A stretch of 64,000 nt of DNA from Planctomycetia bacterium (GTDB lineage Bacteria; Planctomycetota; GCA-002687715), in assembly GCA_005790545.1 (NCBI GenBank), contig SXUL01000122.1, forward strand, positions 7,249 to 71,248, read 5' to 3'. This document shows, piece by piece, positions 1 through 10,067 of this stretch; position 1 is the stretch's first letter; each line of letters starts with the position of its first letter. Both the position numbers and the translations under genes were made by a program. Under the pieces are notes generated by a model. The model was given only the letters and a program-made list of their open reading frames with translations, had not been told where the DNA came from and ran no database searches.

Positions 1-241
1 GTTCACATCCGCTCAGGACGGCGACATCGTGCGCAGTTTCCGGATGACCGTGCAGGTCTTGCGTGATCTGGCGCTGGCACTCCGCGATGATGCGGGCCTT
101 GCCGAACGCCTGAAGAAGGCGCTCGATCTTGTGAACCGGGACGAGGTGGACGCGGAAGCGCTGCTCTTGCTCAGCGCGGGGCGCGCTCCGGCTCGAACGG
201 AGGCACCTCCGCATCGAGACAGAGCCCGAGGATCGCGCTGA
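1..241 (+). CDS. 3' end of an ORF running in from upstream of the window (hypothetical protein)
   Basis: Open frame from nt 2 to a TGA at 239-241; helical, charged translation. It overlaps the convergent minus-strand gene end, so it is uncertain. Confidence 0.25.
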   Translation, partial: FTSAQDGDIVRSFRMTVQVLRDLALALRDDAGLAERLKKALDLVNRDEVDAEALLLLSAGRAPARTEAPPHRDRARGSR

Positions 242-995
242 GCCCGAGGCCGGGTTCCTTCAGATCCTTGCTGAGCTTGGCGATGCTGGCTGGCACGAGT
301 TGCCCCGCAACGCGCTGCCACTTGATCTCCCATGCGTACTGGCGCGCTGCATCCCGGGCGTTGGCAGGAATCTCGATGTGCTGAAGAGCCTGCAGGGCAA
401 ACAGCTCCCCGGCGAGTTCGTACTGCGGATGCTGCACCAGACGCGCACCATCCAGCATGGTGCGCTCGATCTTCCACGGCACTCCGCGACGATCCAGAAA
501 CAACGCCGCATGACGCAGGTGCTTTTTCACCGCGGGCTCGAGGATGAGCTGGATTTCCTCCCGGCCATTCACTCGCGATTTCTCCACACGCCCGCGACAA
601 TGCGCCCAAGTGTCCACGAGTGAGCGCCCGCGCACGAAGGCTGCCAGGCCGCGCGCTGCCTCGAGGTGGTGCGCCCGCGCCTCAGCACGGAGGTTTTCAG
701 GCGCATCCGGCGCGTGCTCAAGCACTGCGCTCGCATCATCAAGGAACTCGATGCGGTCGCCGCAGCCTTCGCGCCACGAGTAACGCACGCGGAATCCCGC
801 CTCGCCGTCCTTGCCGTCGGGAGCCTTGACCCGCGGCCGCAATTCGAAGCGGAAGGCCGAAGCCTTGAGTGGCGCTGCGATCCGCGCATCCACGGCGGCA
901 AGAATGCTCAGTGCCTCACCTTCGAGAGCCTGAGGAGCGGACTGCGTCTGGCCTGGCAACGCCAGTGCGAGAAGGAGAAGAACAACGCAGCGCAT
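171..995 (-). CDS. hypothetical secreted protein
   Basis: The 303-aa ORF is trimmed to the internal Met that opens a typical signal peptide (MRCVVLLLLALALPGQTQS). Non-repetitive composition; no motif recognised. Confidence 0.5.
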   Translation of the reverse strand: MRCVVLLLLALALPGQTQSAPQALEGEALSILAAVDARIAAPLKASAFRFELRPRVKAPDGKDGEAGFRVRYSWREGCGDRIEFLDDASAVLEHAPDAPENLRAEARAHHLEAARGLAAFVRGRSLVDTWAHCRGRVEKSRVNGREEIQLILEPAVKKHLRHAALFLDRRGVPWKIERTMLDGARLVQHPQYELAGELFALQALQHIEIPANARDAARQYAWEIKWQRVAGQLVPASIAKLSKDLKEPGLGLSAILGLCLDAEVPPFEPERAPR

Positions 996-999
996 CGGC

Positions 1000-2556
1000 T
1001 CAGAGTTGAGGTGCAAGTGACGTAATGATGATGCCGCTGCGGGCAGGGGCCGCGAACGACTGCTGCGTGGTGTGGTTGGCAAAGCCCGGGCGACTGACCG
1101 TCATCCAGGCATCTCCCGAGGGAAGCCCCTCGAGTTGCCACCGACCATCGGCGTCGGTCCAAGTGAGAATCGGCGCTCCGGCATGCAGCGGGAACGTGAA
1201 CTTCACCAAGGCGCCCTCAAGGGGCTGGGCGGATGCGTCCAACACACGACCTGCGGCTGCAACAGCCGGCTCAAGTTCGATCTGCACCACCGGCTTGGCG
1301 ACACTGATGCCACTCACCTGTGCAACGGCCATGCCGGGGGCCGATGCAACCACGCGATAGGTCACACCGACCACGAGGCCGGGCACCGTGAAGGCCCCGG
1401 AGCCGGACATATTCGTTGGTGGTGTGGGCGTGCCGTCTTCAGCAACAAGCGACACTTGCGCGTAAGCCGCGACCGATGGTGAGGGCCCGGTGACGCTGCC
1501 CGCGAGGGTCCAAGTCGGGTGCAGCACCACGTCCACATCGCTTCGCGCCGCGTTCTCGGAAAGGCGCACTTCCGCGACGCCACACCCGAGCTGGTGCTCC
1601 GCATTCAGGCGATAGCGCTCGCCCGGGATGAGTGCGTGTCCCTCGAATTGGCCGTCGGCATTGGTCAGGTACCGGCCGCACGCGACACCCTGTCCCAGAG
1701 CCGTCAGTTCCACTTCGGCGCCGGCTACCGCAACTCCTGAGGTGGTGCGCACAACTCCGACGAGTGTGGCGCCGCGCACCAGAGTCACGTCGCGCTCTTC
1801 AGAGCGACCCTCTGCAATGCCGGTCACGCGAATCGTGCGTGCCTCGAAATCAGGGTGAGTCACTTCCAACCAAGCGGCCCCCGCTCCGACCTCGGCGAAC
1901 ATCCAGCGCCCATCGCTGCCACTGTTGGCGTTACGAGCTTCCGCGCCCTGGATCAGCCTGAGACGCGCACCGGGAATGGGGCGCTGCAGGGAATCGGCGA
2001 CGCAGCCCTCAAGCACAGCCGTGCGACGCAGTGTGGTGGAGAGGCGTCCGCCGGCGCGAGCCCTCAGCGTCTCGTTGCCGAAGCCGGCAGCCGAGATGAG
2101 GATCTCGTAGATGAAGTGCGGTGCCGAAGCAAAGCTGTACTCGCCACGCCCATCCGTCTCGGTGGCGAGAGTGGAACTCGTCGGCAGCAGCGATTGCCCC
2201 TGCCCGTCCAACATGTTCGAACGCACGATGACGCGCACAAGCGCCTTGGTGACCGGCTCGCCCGCCGCGTTCGTCACCTGTCCTGTGATGTCACATTCCT
2301 GCTCAAGCTCAGCGGTGGATGTGCCAGAGCGCGGCATGGATTCATCGCGGCGCTGTGCGGCAGCCTCGGCCACTTGCCCTTTGGCGCATGCGTCGTTCTG
2401 CTCAGCAGTACCCGCCGTTCGTGCGCCTTCCGTCGCGGCGCTGGTTCCACCCTCGTCTGCGAACAGAAGCCAAGCCGCCGCCGTGAGAATCACGACGGGA
2501 ATCATGACGAGGGGGATGCGTTCGGGAACTTTGATCACTGCAGGTGTGACAGACAA
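1000..2556 (-). CDS. membrane-anchored protein with repeated carboxypeptidase-regulatory-like (Ig-like) beta-sandwich domains
   Basis: N-terminal TM helix (IPLVMIPVVILTAAAWLLF). Several repeats of the pattern GxVxxxxGxPVxxAxVxL...TDxxGxYxF typical of CarboxypepD_reg-like domains. Confidence 0.55.
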   Translation of the reverse strand: MSVTPAVIKVPERIPLVMIPVVILTAAAWLLFADEGGTSAATEGARTAGTAEQNDACAKGQVAEAAAQRRDESMPRSGTSTAELEQECDITGQVTNAAGEPVTKALVRVIVRSNMLDGQGQSLLPTSSTLATETDGRGEYSFASAPHFIYEILISAAGFGNETLRARAGGRLSTTLRRTAVLEGCVADSLQRPIPGARLRLIQGAEARNANSGSDGRWMFAEVGAGAAWLEVTHPDFEARTIRVTGIAEGRSEERDVTLVRGATLVGVVRTTSGVAVAGAEVELTALGQGVACGRYLTNADGQFEGHALIPGERYRLNAEHQLGCGVAEVRLSENAARSDVDVVLHPTWTLAGSVTGPSPSVAAYAQVSLVAEDGTPTPPTNMSGSGAFTVPGLVVGVTYRVVASAPGMAVAQVSGISVAKPVVQIELEPAVAAAGRVLDASAQPLEGALVKFTFPLHAGAPILTWTDADGRWQLEGLPSGDAWMTVSRPGFANHTTQQSFAAPARSGIIITSLAPQL

Positions 2557-2696
2557 TCAACGCTGCGCAGCAACGGAATGAGTTCCCGCCGCAACGCAAC
2601 GTGAGTCTAATCCAAGCGCACCGAAATGCGCAACCCTCGGGGCGGGCGAATCACGCTGGCGCCGCTTGCTGTCGCGCGATCAGACGCAACCCCGCG

Positions 2697-3179
2697 TCAG
2701 AACGGGACTTCGTCGTCGTAGCCCGCCGCCCCACCACCCTGGTTGCCAGGGCCGGAATCCTCCGCCGCATGGCTGGTGGACTCCTCACGGTGCTCAGCTC
2801 TGGGCCGGGGCGCAAAGCCTCCGGAATCGCCTCCACGCTCCGCGCGCGCGCCGCAGAACTCGAAACCCTCCACGACCACGTCCAGCTTGCTGCGCTTGCC
2901 GCTGCCGTCCTTCGCCTCCCAAGTCTGGAAGTCGAGGCGCCCCTCGACGAAGATCGGGCTGCCCTTCTTGAAGTACTTGTTGATGTTCTCTCCGGTCCGA
3001 CCCCATGCCTTGCAGGTCACGTAGGTCACCGTTTCCTTTTTCTCCTTCGTCTGCTGGTCGTACCAGACGCGATTGATGGCCATCCCGAACTCGCACACCG
3101 GGGTTCCGTTCGGCAAGAACTTCAACTCCGGGTCCCGTGTCAGATTGCCCATCAACATCACTTTGTTCACGTTGCCCAT
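2697..3179 (-). CDS. ssb: single-stranded DNA-binding protein
   Basis: MGNVNKVMLMGNLTRDPELKFLPNGTPVCEFGMAINR... OB-fold, Gly-rich tail and acidic C-terminus DDEVPF. GGGGAG RBS upstream of the ATG at 3177-3179. Confidence 0.9.
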   Translation of the reverse strand: MGNVNKVMLMGNLTRDPELKFLPNGTPVCEFGMAINRVWYDQQTKEKKETVTYVTCKAWGRTGENINKYFKKGSPIFVEGRLDFQTWEAKDGSGKRSKLDVVVEGFEFCGARAERGGDSGGFAPRPRAEHREESTSHAAEDSGPGNQGGGAAGYDDEVPF

Positions 3180-3358
3180 GCTGCTCTCCCCTTGGAGGTC
3201 CACACTCCTGCACCCGGAGAACCAAAAGTCGCCCGGCGTGACAGAAAACAATTCATCACCATGGGGCCCCCCGCCGAAAGGTACGGCTGGAGTCTCCCGG
3301 TGGCGGGAATCATACGGACCCCCACCCCCAGCCGGTAGACGCCCGGAGAAACCCAGCC

Positions 3359-3706
3359 ATGAGCTACCAGGATCGCCGCCGTGAGCCTCGTGTCGACACT
3401 GCGATCGATGCGAGTCTGGAGGGCGCAGAAGAAGTGGCCTGCCGCATCGCCAATCTGTCGCGGAGCGGCGCCATGGCCATCAGCAATGTGCCCGTCCCCG
3501 AGATGGCCCAGTTGCAGGTTCGCCTCAGTGTCCCCGGAGAAGGCAACACTCCGGCCTCCACTCTCGTGCTTGAAGCAGCGGTGGTGCGTTGTGAAACACG
3601 TGCTGACGGTCGCTACGACCTCGGTCTGTATTTCACCAACCACACTCCGGCCTCGCGCGTGGCACTCGAGACCATCGTCAGGACCTGGACCCTCTCACCC
3701 GCCTGA
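3359..3706 (+). CDS. PilZ domain protein (c-di-GMP binding)
   Basis: RREPRV...ANLSRSGAMA matches the PilZ RxxxR / DxSxxG signature; 115 aa. Confidence 0.65.
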   Translation: MSYQDRRREPRVDTAIDASLEGAEEVACRIANLSRSGAMAISNVPVPEMAQLQVRLSVPGEGNTPASTLVLEAAVVRCETRADGRYDLGLYFTNHTPASRVALETIVRTWTLSPA

Positions 3707-4582
3707 CGCGGCATTCCGCGACAAGACGAGCACACGGGGAATCCCCGCAAGATCGTTGACGCAGCGCGTTGTGAACCCGGTGCCAAGTTCCTTCGCGCGC
3801 TGCAAGCCCACCCCATCCAAAGCGGGCAGTTCCATGAGCGCGTGCCCCCTTGGCTTCAACGCGGTGACGAGATGCGCCGCAAGCCGCGCATGAAAGCGGA
3901 GGGGATCCTCACCGCTCATGAGGGCAAGCTCGGGCTCCCAGTCGCGCACCTCGCGTTGCAAGGATGCCCTTTCCCCTTCGGTGATGTAGGGCGGATTGCT
4001 GAGAACCAGGTCGAATCCACCCGCTCCCGCGAGAAACGCGAACATGTCCTGATTCACGCAGTGGATACCCGCACCAAGTCGCTCGGCATTCCCCGCAGCC
4101 ACCGCAAGTGCGTCCGCTGAGATGTCCACTGCGGTCACCTCGAGGTCTGGCCGCGCCAGCGCGAGAGAAATGGCGATGCAACCAGTGCCCGTGCCGAGAT
4201 CAACCACCTGCGGCCTCAGACCGTCAGCGCGAGCGGGCAGCAGGCTCAGCGCTTCATCCACGAGATGCTCCGTCTCCGGGCGCGGAATGAGTGTGGCGCG
4301 CGTGACCTTGAAACAGTGGCCGTGGAACTCCTGTTCGCCGAGGATGTAGGCCACAGGCTCACCCCGACCGCGTCGCTGGATGGCCTCGCGCGCACGGTCG
4401 AGCACAACTCCGTCCACGGGCATGTCGTGCACGAGCCAGAGCCCGAGGCGCGACTTCTGCAGCGCTGCGGCGACCAGCAATTCCGCATCAAGGCGTGCCT
4501 CCTCGACTCCGCGGCCTTCAAGCCAGCGAGCCGAACTCACAACGAGCTCTTTCACCGTGCGCGGCGGGATCGCGCTACCCAT
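3695..4582 (-). CDS. prmC: release factor glutamine methyltransferase (HemK/PrmC)
   Basis: SAM-binding motif VVDLGTGTGCIAISLA and catalytic NPPY motif (LVLSNPPYI). Immediately downstream of prfA. Confidence 0.85.
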   Translation of the reverse strand: MGSAIPPRTVKELVVSSARWLEGRGVEEARLDAELLVAAALQKSRLGLWLVHDMPVDGVVLDRAREAIQRRGRGEPVAYILGEQEFHGHCFKVTRATLIPRPETEHLVDEALSLLPARADGLRPQVVDLGTGTGCIAISLALARPDLEVTAVDISADALAVAAGNAERLGAGIHCVNQDMFAFLAGAGGFDLVLSNPPYITEGERASLQREVRDWEPELALMSGEDPLRFHARLAAHLVTALKPRGHALMELPALDGVGLQRAKELGTGFTTRCVNDLAGIPRVLVLSRNAASGG

Positions 4583-4584
4583 GC

Positions 4585-5682
4585 TCAGGTGTTTCCAGCG
4601 GCGAGCCGCTTCAGGCGTTCCGCCGTCTCACTGGCTGAAAGTGCGGCAAAGATGTCTTCCAGATGCCCATCCATGATGGCCGGCAATGCGTGAAAACTCG
4701 CGCCAATGCGGTGATCCGTCACCCGGTCCTGCGGGACGTTGTAGGTGCGGATCCGTTCCGAACGATCCCCGCTCCCGATGAGGACCTTGCGTGCCGTCGC
4801 GCGGGCCGCGTGCAGGCGCTGCTCTTCCTGATCGAGAAGCCTGGCACGCAGGATCTTCAGAGCTCGCTCGCGATTGCGACTCTGAGACTTCTCGTCCTGA
4901 CAGGACACGCTCAGCCCTGTGGGAATGTGGGTGACGCGGATGGCCGTGCTCGTCTTGTTCACGTTTTGTCCGCCGGGCCCGGAAGCTCTGAAGGCCTCGA
5001 TGCGGAGGTCGCCATCAGACACCACGATCGCGGCGTCATCCGCCTCCGGCAACACGGCCACCGTGGCAGCACTGGTGTGCAGGCGCCCTTGCGCTTCCGT
5101 CGCAGGCACGCGCTGAACGCGATGGCCTCCGCTCTCGAAGCGCAACAGTTTCCAGGCCCCCTTCCCGCCGACGGAAAGCACGGCCTCGCGCACGCCACCC
5201 ATGGCGCGACCGGATTCGTCGAGAAGTTCCACCGCAAGACCGCGACGCTCGCAGAAACGCGTGTACATGCGCACGAGTTCAGCGGCGAAAAGCGCGGCTT
5301 CCTCGCCCCCGGTGCCGGCACGCACTTCGAGAATCACGCCTTCCGGACACGCATCCTCTTCGTCGAGGAAGCGCGCCACGAGCTCGGTTTCAAGCTGCGG
5401 CAGCAGTCCCTCAGCACGAACACGCGTTTCGGAAGCCAGCGCGGCGAATGCCGCGTCTGCAGCGAGCACGTCGGCGTCATGGATTTCCTGCTGCAGCCGA
5501 CGACGCTCGAGCACCAGCGCAACCACCGGGGCGATGCGCCCGCGCTCTTTCATGAGCGCGGCGAGTTCGTGAGGGGCAATCGGATCCGCGAGGCGCGCCT
5601 CGAGTGCCGCCATGCGCTCCACCAGCGCATCGAGCCGCGGAAGGATCAGCGTGACGGGGCGGGCCCCGTCAGCAGCCGTCAC
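4585..5682 (-). CDS. prfA: peptide chain release factor 1
   Basis: GGQ motif ([19 protein letters not shown]) and RF1 domain order. Probable GTG start overlapping the rpmE stop. Confidence 0.9.
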   Translation of the reverse strand: MTAADGARPVTLILPRLDALVERMAALEARLADPIAPHELAALMKERGRIAPVVALVLERRRLQQEIHDADVLAADAAFAALASETRVRAEGLLPQLETELVARFLDEEDACPEGVILEVRAGTGGEEAALFAAELVRMYTRFCERRGLAVELLDESGRAMGGVREAVLSVGGKGAWKLLRFESGGHRVQRVPATEAQGRLHTSAATVAVLPEADDAAIVVSDGDLRIEAFRASGPGGQNVNKTSTAIRVTHIPTGLSVSCQDEKSQSRNRERALKILRARLLDQEEQRLHAARATARKVLIGSGDRSERIRTYNVPQDRVTDHRIGASFHALPAIMDGHLEDIFAALSASETAERLKRLAAGNT

Positions 5683-5903
5683 GCCTTGCTCTTCTCAGCT
5701 CCCTCGCTGATCTTGTAGCGCTTCATGAAGCGCTCGACGCGACCGGCAGAGTCCACGAACTTCTGCTTGCCGGTGTAGAAAGGATGGCAAGCCGAGCAGA
5801 TTTCCACGCCGATGTGCGGAATGGTGGCGTGGGTCTTGAATGCGTTGCCGCAGCCACACGTGACCGAGCATTCGATGTACTTGGGATGGATGGCGTCCTG
5901 CAT
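5679..5903 (-). CDS. rpmE: 50S ribosomal protein L31
   Basis: [27 protein letters not shown]...[28 protein letters not shown]; 74 aa with the Zn-ribbon Cys pattern. The ORF-finder ORF was trimmed to this Met. Confidence 0.9.
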   Translation of the reverse strand: MQDAIHPKYIECSVTCGCGNAFKTHATIPHIGVEICSACHPFYTGKQKFVDSAGRVERFMKRYKISEGAEKSKA

Positions 5904-6018
5904 GTCAACTCTCCTGACCGGGCCGTCCTGCCTCTTCCGGCAGGGCGCATCGCGGTCTCCATTGGCTGGTGATTCGGAAGGTGAGCTTACGCCTCGCCCA
6001 TCCGATGCAAAAGGCGCC

Positions 6019-6579
6019 CTACTTGCCGCCCTTGCCGAGGGCAGCGATGACCTCGGCGGTGATGTCCATGGCGGGATCCGCCCAGACCACCGGTCGCGAC
6101 GCAATGTCGTTCATGGTTTCCGCCCGCGTGCGCCCTCCCACCTTGGAGCTGGTGGTCATGAACACCATGTTGAGGCCGCGAGCCTTGGCCACCTCGCCCA
6201 CCTTCTCCACGCACTTCGCGTAGATGTCCTTCATGATGTCGACCATCTCGAGATTCGCGCGCGTGATGAGGGTCTTCTGGTCGAGTTCGAACGTGGCCTT
6301 GAGCTGGGAGATCTGACGCAGCTTCTCGAGATGCTCGGGCGTGCCTTCCTTGAGGAGATCGAGCTCCTCCTCGAGCTTACGCACGCTGGCGTAGGCCTCT
6401 TTCAGTTTCTCGAGGGTGGCCTTCGAATCCGCATCGACTTTTTCGACACGCCCCTTCGTTTCAGGGTGCTCGTTCAGGACGCGCAGCATGTCCACCACGC
6501 CGGCCTTCACCGCCGCTTGCGCCGCAAGCGCGCACGCAAAACATCCGAGCAGGATCAACGAGAGGGTGAAGCGGCGCAT
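6019..6579 (-). CDS. skp: OmpH/Skp family periplasmic chaperone
   Basis: Signal peptide [22 protein letters not shown] followed by a coiled-coil-rich about 160-aa body typical of Skp/OmpH. Confidence 0.7.
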   Translation of the reverse strand: MRRFTLSLILLGCFACALAAQAAVKAGVVDMLRVLNEHPETKGRVEKVDADSKATLEKLKEAYASVRKLEEELDLLKEGTPEHLEKLRQISQLKATFELDQKTLITRANLEMVDIMKDIYAKCVEKVGEVAKARGLNMVFMTTSSKVGGRTRAETMNDIASRPVVWADPAMDITAEVIAALGKGGK

Positions 6580-6647
6580 GCAGAAGCTCCCGGAACGGGA
6601 CTTTCCGCCGCAGGACAACGCGTTCACGTTGCCGCGGCGGGAGTGGA

Positions 6648-6720
6648 TGGCCAGACCCAGACTTGAACTGGGGACCCCAGCATTTTCAGTGCTGTGCTCT
6701 ACCAACTGAGCTATCTGGCC
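6648..6720 (-). tRNA. tRNA-Phe (GAA)
   Basis: Reverse complement GGCCAGATAGCTCAGTTGGTAGAGCACAGCACTGAAAATGCTG...GGGTCTGGCCA gives a cloverleaf. Anticodon loop CTGAAAA, so GAA. No encoded CCA. Confidence 0.9.
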
Positions 6721-6756
6721 TCAGAGCGGCGCAGTCTAGCGTGGAGACTCCACGCT

Positions 6757-7728
6757 TCAACGGGTTGGAGCGCGTGCGAGGTCGTTCCGGAATGCCAGCA
6801 CATCCGCGGCGATGCGTTGCCGGAGTGCCTCGAGGCCGTCGCAGCGCATTTCGTCGCGCAGCTTCTTGATGAACTCCACTTCGAGGTCGCGGCCATAGAG
6901 ATCGCCGCTGAAATCAAGCAGGTGAACTTCCACGTGTTCGGCACGGTCACGCTCGGACCATTCTCCGGACTGGACCTCAGGGGAACCGAGAGTCGGGCGC
7001 ACGCCGATGTTCACCAGACCGAACGACTCCACGCCCTCGGCCCTCACGCGGCAACCCCACACCCCGCGCGGCGGCCGCACTTCGTGGTGAAGATCGAGAT
7101 TGGCCGTGGGAAATCCGAGCGTGCGTCCGCGCGCGTCCCCATGCACCACGGTGCCGAGAATCGCAAAGGGCCGGCCCAGCATGAGGCTCGCGTCCTCCAT
7201 GCGTCCCTCGAGCACCGCCTCGCGGATGCGCGAGCTGCTCACGGGCTGACCACCCACGCAGACATCCGACAATTCGCGCGCACTGAAACCGTGCGCAAGC
7301 CCGACTTCCTTGAGCAAAGCGAGATCACCGGTTCCTCCGCGCCCGAAACGGTTGTTGTAGCCCAGCACCACATGGGATGCCGAAAGTGCATCCGCGAACA
7401 GACGGACGGAAAAATCGCACGCCTCCATGTTGCGCACTTCTTCGTCGAAGGGCAGCACCACCGCCGCATCGAGTCCGAGAGAGCGGAAGAGCCTGAGGCG
7501 GTGTGGCAGCGAGGTGATGAGCTTCGGTGTGGAGGCACTCAGCAGCGCGCGCGGATGACGCGCGAATGTCACCACCACGGAATGCACCAGGCGTTCGCGG
7601 GCGAGACTCACCACGTGATCGAGCACGAAACGGTGCCCCACATGCACGCCGTCGAAGACCCCGAGCGTGACCACCGGGCGCACGAGCCCGGCACCGCGCG
7701 CTGCGGAGAACCCGTCGAGGATCTTCAC
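6757..7728 (-). CDS. ribF: bifunctional riboflavin kinase / FMN adenylyltransferase
   Basis: N-terminal FAD-synthetase motifs (GVFDGVHVGH) and C-terminal riboflavin kinase motifs (GFPTANL, HLLDFSGDLYG). Confidence 0.9.
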   Translation of the reverse strand: MKILDGFSAARGAGLVRPVVTLGVFDGVHVGHRFVLDHVVSLARERLVHSVVVTFARHPRALLSASTPKLITSLPHRLRLFRSLGLDAAVVLPFDEEVRNMEACDFSVRLFADALSASHVVLGYNNRFGRGGTGDLALLKEVGLAHGFSARELSDVCVGGQPVSSSRIREAVLEGRMEDASLMLGRPFAILGTVVHGDARGRTLGFPTANLDLHHEVRPPRGVWGCRVRAEGVESFGLVNIGVRPTLGSPEVQSGEWSERDRAEHVEVHLLDFSGDLYGRDLEVEFIKKLRDEMRCDGLEALRQRIAADVLAFRNDLARAPTR

Positions 7729-8240
7729 GTGTCCGTGCTGCGACGCTCGAAGCGCGCCACCAGCTCTTCCAGCTTGGCCTTGTTCGCTGCCCGGTCTGCA
7801 GGCTTCATGCGCGTGACGAAGAGCACTCCGTCAAGATGATCGATCTCGTGCTGCAGCACGCGGGCGAAGAGACCCTCGGCGCTCACCTCGAAGGGCTGGT
7901 TGTCGAGATTCATGGCGCGCACACGCACGGTCTGGTACCGCGCAACCGTCCCGAAGATCCCCGGAAACGAGAGACAGCCCTCGTTGCCATCTTCGAACCC
8001 GCCCCCCTTCTCGAGAATCTCGGGATCCACGAGAACCATGGGTTCGGTTCCCTCCTCGCCATCCCAAGCCACGAGCAACCGAGCCGCCCAGCCCACCTGG
8101 GGCGCCGCCAGTCCGATGCCATCCTCCAGATGCATGAGCGGGATCATCTCTGCGGCCTTCTTCCTTACCTCGTCCGTCACGCGCCCCACGAGCGGCGCTG
8201 GTTTCAAGAGGATGGGATCTGGATAGTGGACGACGCGCAT
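7725..8240 (-). CDS. def: peptide deformylase
   Basis: Motifs GIGLAAPQVG, EGCLSFPG and QHEIDHLDG. The 333-aa ORF was trimmed to MRVVHYPDPIL (ATG at 8238-8240). Confidence 0.9.
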   Translation of the reverse strand: MRVVHYPDPILLKPAPLVGRVTDEVRKKAAEMIPLMHLEDGIGLAAPQVGWAARLLVAWDGEEGTEPMVLVDPEILEKGGGFEDGNEGCLSFPGIFGTVARYQTVRVRAMNLDNQPFEVSAEGLFARVLQHEIDHLDGVLFVTRMKPADRAANKAKLEELVARFERRSTDT

Positions 8241-8381
8241 GGGCTTTGACCGGCTTTTTGCGGCGAAGTCTAACGCTTCCGGGCACTTCTCTCGCGTTGA
8301 TGCGGGAAGGCTGCGCTGATAACTTGCGCGACTGTTTCCCCTGTACGCCAGCGCAGCATTGCGCGGCCGGAACCGACTCAC

Positions 8382-9737
8382 GTGGTTGACGTAAGCAAGT
8401 ACATCGAACGCGCCGAAAGCGACCTCAAACGCCGCAACTGGGATGCTGCCATCACGCAGTTCGACCAGATTCTGAAAGTCAGCCCGGACTGCGCGGAGGC
8501 ACGGATTGGAGTCCGTCAGGCGAGCCTGAAGAAGCTCGAGAAGCGCTACCCCTCGGCTGTCGAACGGACCGTTCTCAATCTGCCGACAACGCTGCTCGCC
8601 GGCATAGCAGCGCTCGTACGGGCGAAAGCCTGGCACGCACAGCTCCTCGAGCAGGGCCTGCGGCGAGACCCGGCCAATGCCCGGCTCAACCACCGCTTGG
8701 GAGAGTTGTTGCACGACCTCGGGCACAGCCTCGGTGCAGCGGCCTCATTCCAACTTGCCACCGAGGCGGACAGCAACGCCATCGAATCCTGGAAGCGGCT
8801 CGGGGAGCTCCTCGCGGCGCGGAAGGATTTCGAAAAGGCCCTCGACTGCTTCGACCGCGCGCTGCGCATCAACCCGCGTGATCAGGAAGCGGGGCGCATG
8901 CAGAAGAATCTCGCTGCAGAAGGCGCCATCCGGCACGGAGGATTCGAGCAGGCGACCAGCTCGCGCGACCTCGCCAAGAGCGAGCGGCAGCTCAAGGAGT
9001 CGGAGCGCGTGCAGAAGATCGTGCGCACCGCCGACGACATCAACGCCGCCCTTGAGGATCTCGCAGCGGATCTCGCGGCCCAGCCCGGCGACACCAAGCT
9101 TCTCCTCCGGCGCGTCGTGCTCCTGCAGCAAAAACAGGATTTCGCCGCAGCCCTCACGGCGGTGGATGCGCTCCTTGCGGTGGAACCCTCGCACACGGAA
9201 GCCCTCGACCGCAGGGGCGAACTCCGTCAGCGCCAACTCGAACGCGAGCTCAAGTTGGCGGAGGAAGACGTACGTGCCGGCGAGGATGGCGCGGATGATC
9301 GCGTCCGACGCATGAAGCGCGAACTGCGCGCCTTCAGACTGGATGAAGCGAAGCGCCGCGTGGCAGCACAGCCGACCGACATGGCCGCGCGCTTCCGTCT
9401 CGGCCGCGCCCTCCTCGAGGAAGGGGCTCTCGATGAGGCCATCGAGCAGTTCCAGCAGGCTGTCCGTGACCCGAAGCTGAAAGTGGGAGCCTTGCAGATG
9501 CTCGGCCGCGCCTTCGCGGGCAAGAACATCCTCGACCTCGCCATCAAGCAGCATTCAGAAGCTGTCGGCATGATTGCCGGCATGACGGATCTCAAGAAGG
9601 AGATCCTTTACGAACTGGCAGACCTGCAACAACGCGCGGGCGACCGTGCGGCTGCGGCGGGGACCTTCAAGCAGATCTACGAGGCCGACATCAGCTACCG
9701 TGACGTCGGCCAACGCATCGCGGCCCTTGCCTCCTGA
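8382..9737 (+). CDS. tetratricopeptide-repeat protein
   Basis: Multiple TPR-like helical repeats (AxxxFxxALxxxP). Probable GTG start. Confidence 0.55.
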   Translation: MVDVSKYIERAESDLKRRNWDAAITQFDQILKVSPDCAEARIGVRQASLKKLEKRYPSAVERTVLNLPTTLLAGIAALVRAKAWHAQLLEQGLRRDPANARLNHRLGELLHDLGHSLGAAASFQLATEADSNAIESWKRLGELLAARKDFEKALDCFDRALRINPRDQEAGRMQKNLAAEGAIRHGGFEQATSSRDLAKSERQLKESERVQKIVRTADDINAALEDLAADLAAQPGDTKLLLRRVVLLQQKQDFAAALTAVDALLAVEPSHTEALDRRGELRQRQLERELKLAEEDVRAGEDGADDRVRRMKRELRAFRLDEAKRRVAAQPTDMAARFRLGRALLEEGALDEAIEQFQQAVRDPKLKVGALQMLGRAFAGKNILDLAIKQHSEAVGMIAGMTDLKKEILYELADLQQRAGDRAAAAGTFKQIYEADISYRDVGQRIAALAS

Positions 9738-9760
9738 GGCAGGCCACAGGAAAGACCCAC

Positions 9761-10024
9761 ATGGCTCACAACAAACAGGCAAAGAAGCGCATCCGTACCA
9801 ACGAAGAGGCCCGCGTCCGCAACAAGGACAAGGCCTCGGCAATGAAGACCCAGGTGAAGAAGCTGCAGACGCTCATCGACGCCAAGGACAAGGCCGGCGC
9901 CGCGAAGGAACTGCCCAGCGCCTGCGCCCAGATCGACAAGTGCGCCAAGCACCGCATCATTCACCCCAACACCGCGGCCCGGAAAAAGGCCCTCCTCGCG
10001 AAGCGTGTGAACGCCATCGCCTGA
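9761..10024 (+). CDS. rpsT: 30S ribosomal protein S20
   Basis: MAHNKQAKKRIRTNEEARVRNKDKASAMKTQVKKL...; 87 aa. AGGAAAG RBS. Confidence 0.9.
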   Translation: MAHNKQAKKRIRTNEEARVRNKDKASAMKTQVKKLQTLIDAKDKAGAAKELPSACAQIDKCAKHRIIHPNTAARKKALLAKRVNAIA

Positions 10025-10034
10025 GGGGATTGAA

Positions 10035-10063
10035 CGCCGCCCCCCCGGGCGGCGCTTTCTCTT
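10035..10063 (+). terminator. rho-independent terminator of rpsT
   Basis: CGCCGCCCCCCCGGGCGGCG hairpin followed by CTTTCTCTT. Confidence 0.5.
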
Positions 10064-10067
10064 CCGG

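Noticed and set aside
5904-6018. GC-rich hairpin (CCTGCC-GGAAGA-GGCAGG) between skp and rpmE considered as a terminator
   Set aside because: No U-tract follows on the transcribed strand. It lies in what is more likely the rpmE leader, so it was not called.
6694-7839. 381-aa plus-strand ORF
   Set aside because: Antisense to ribF/def, which are clearly identified by motif.
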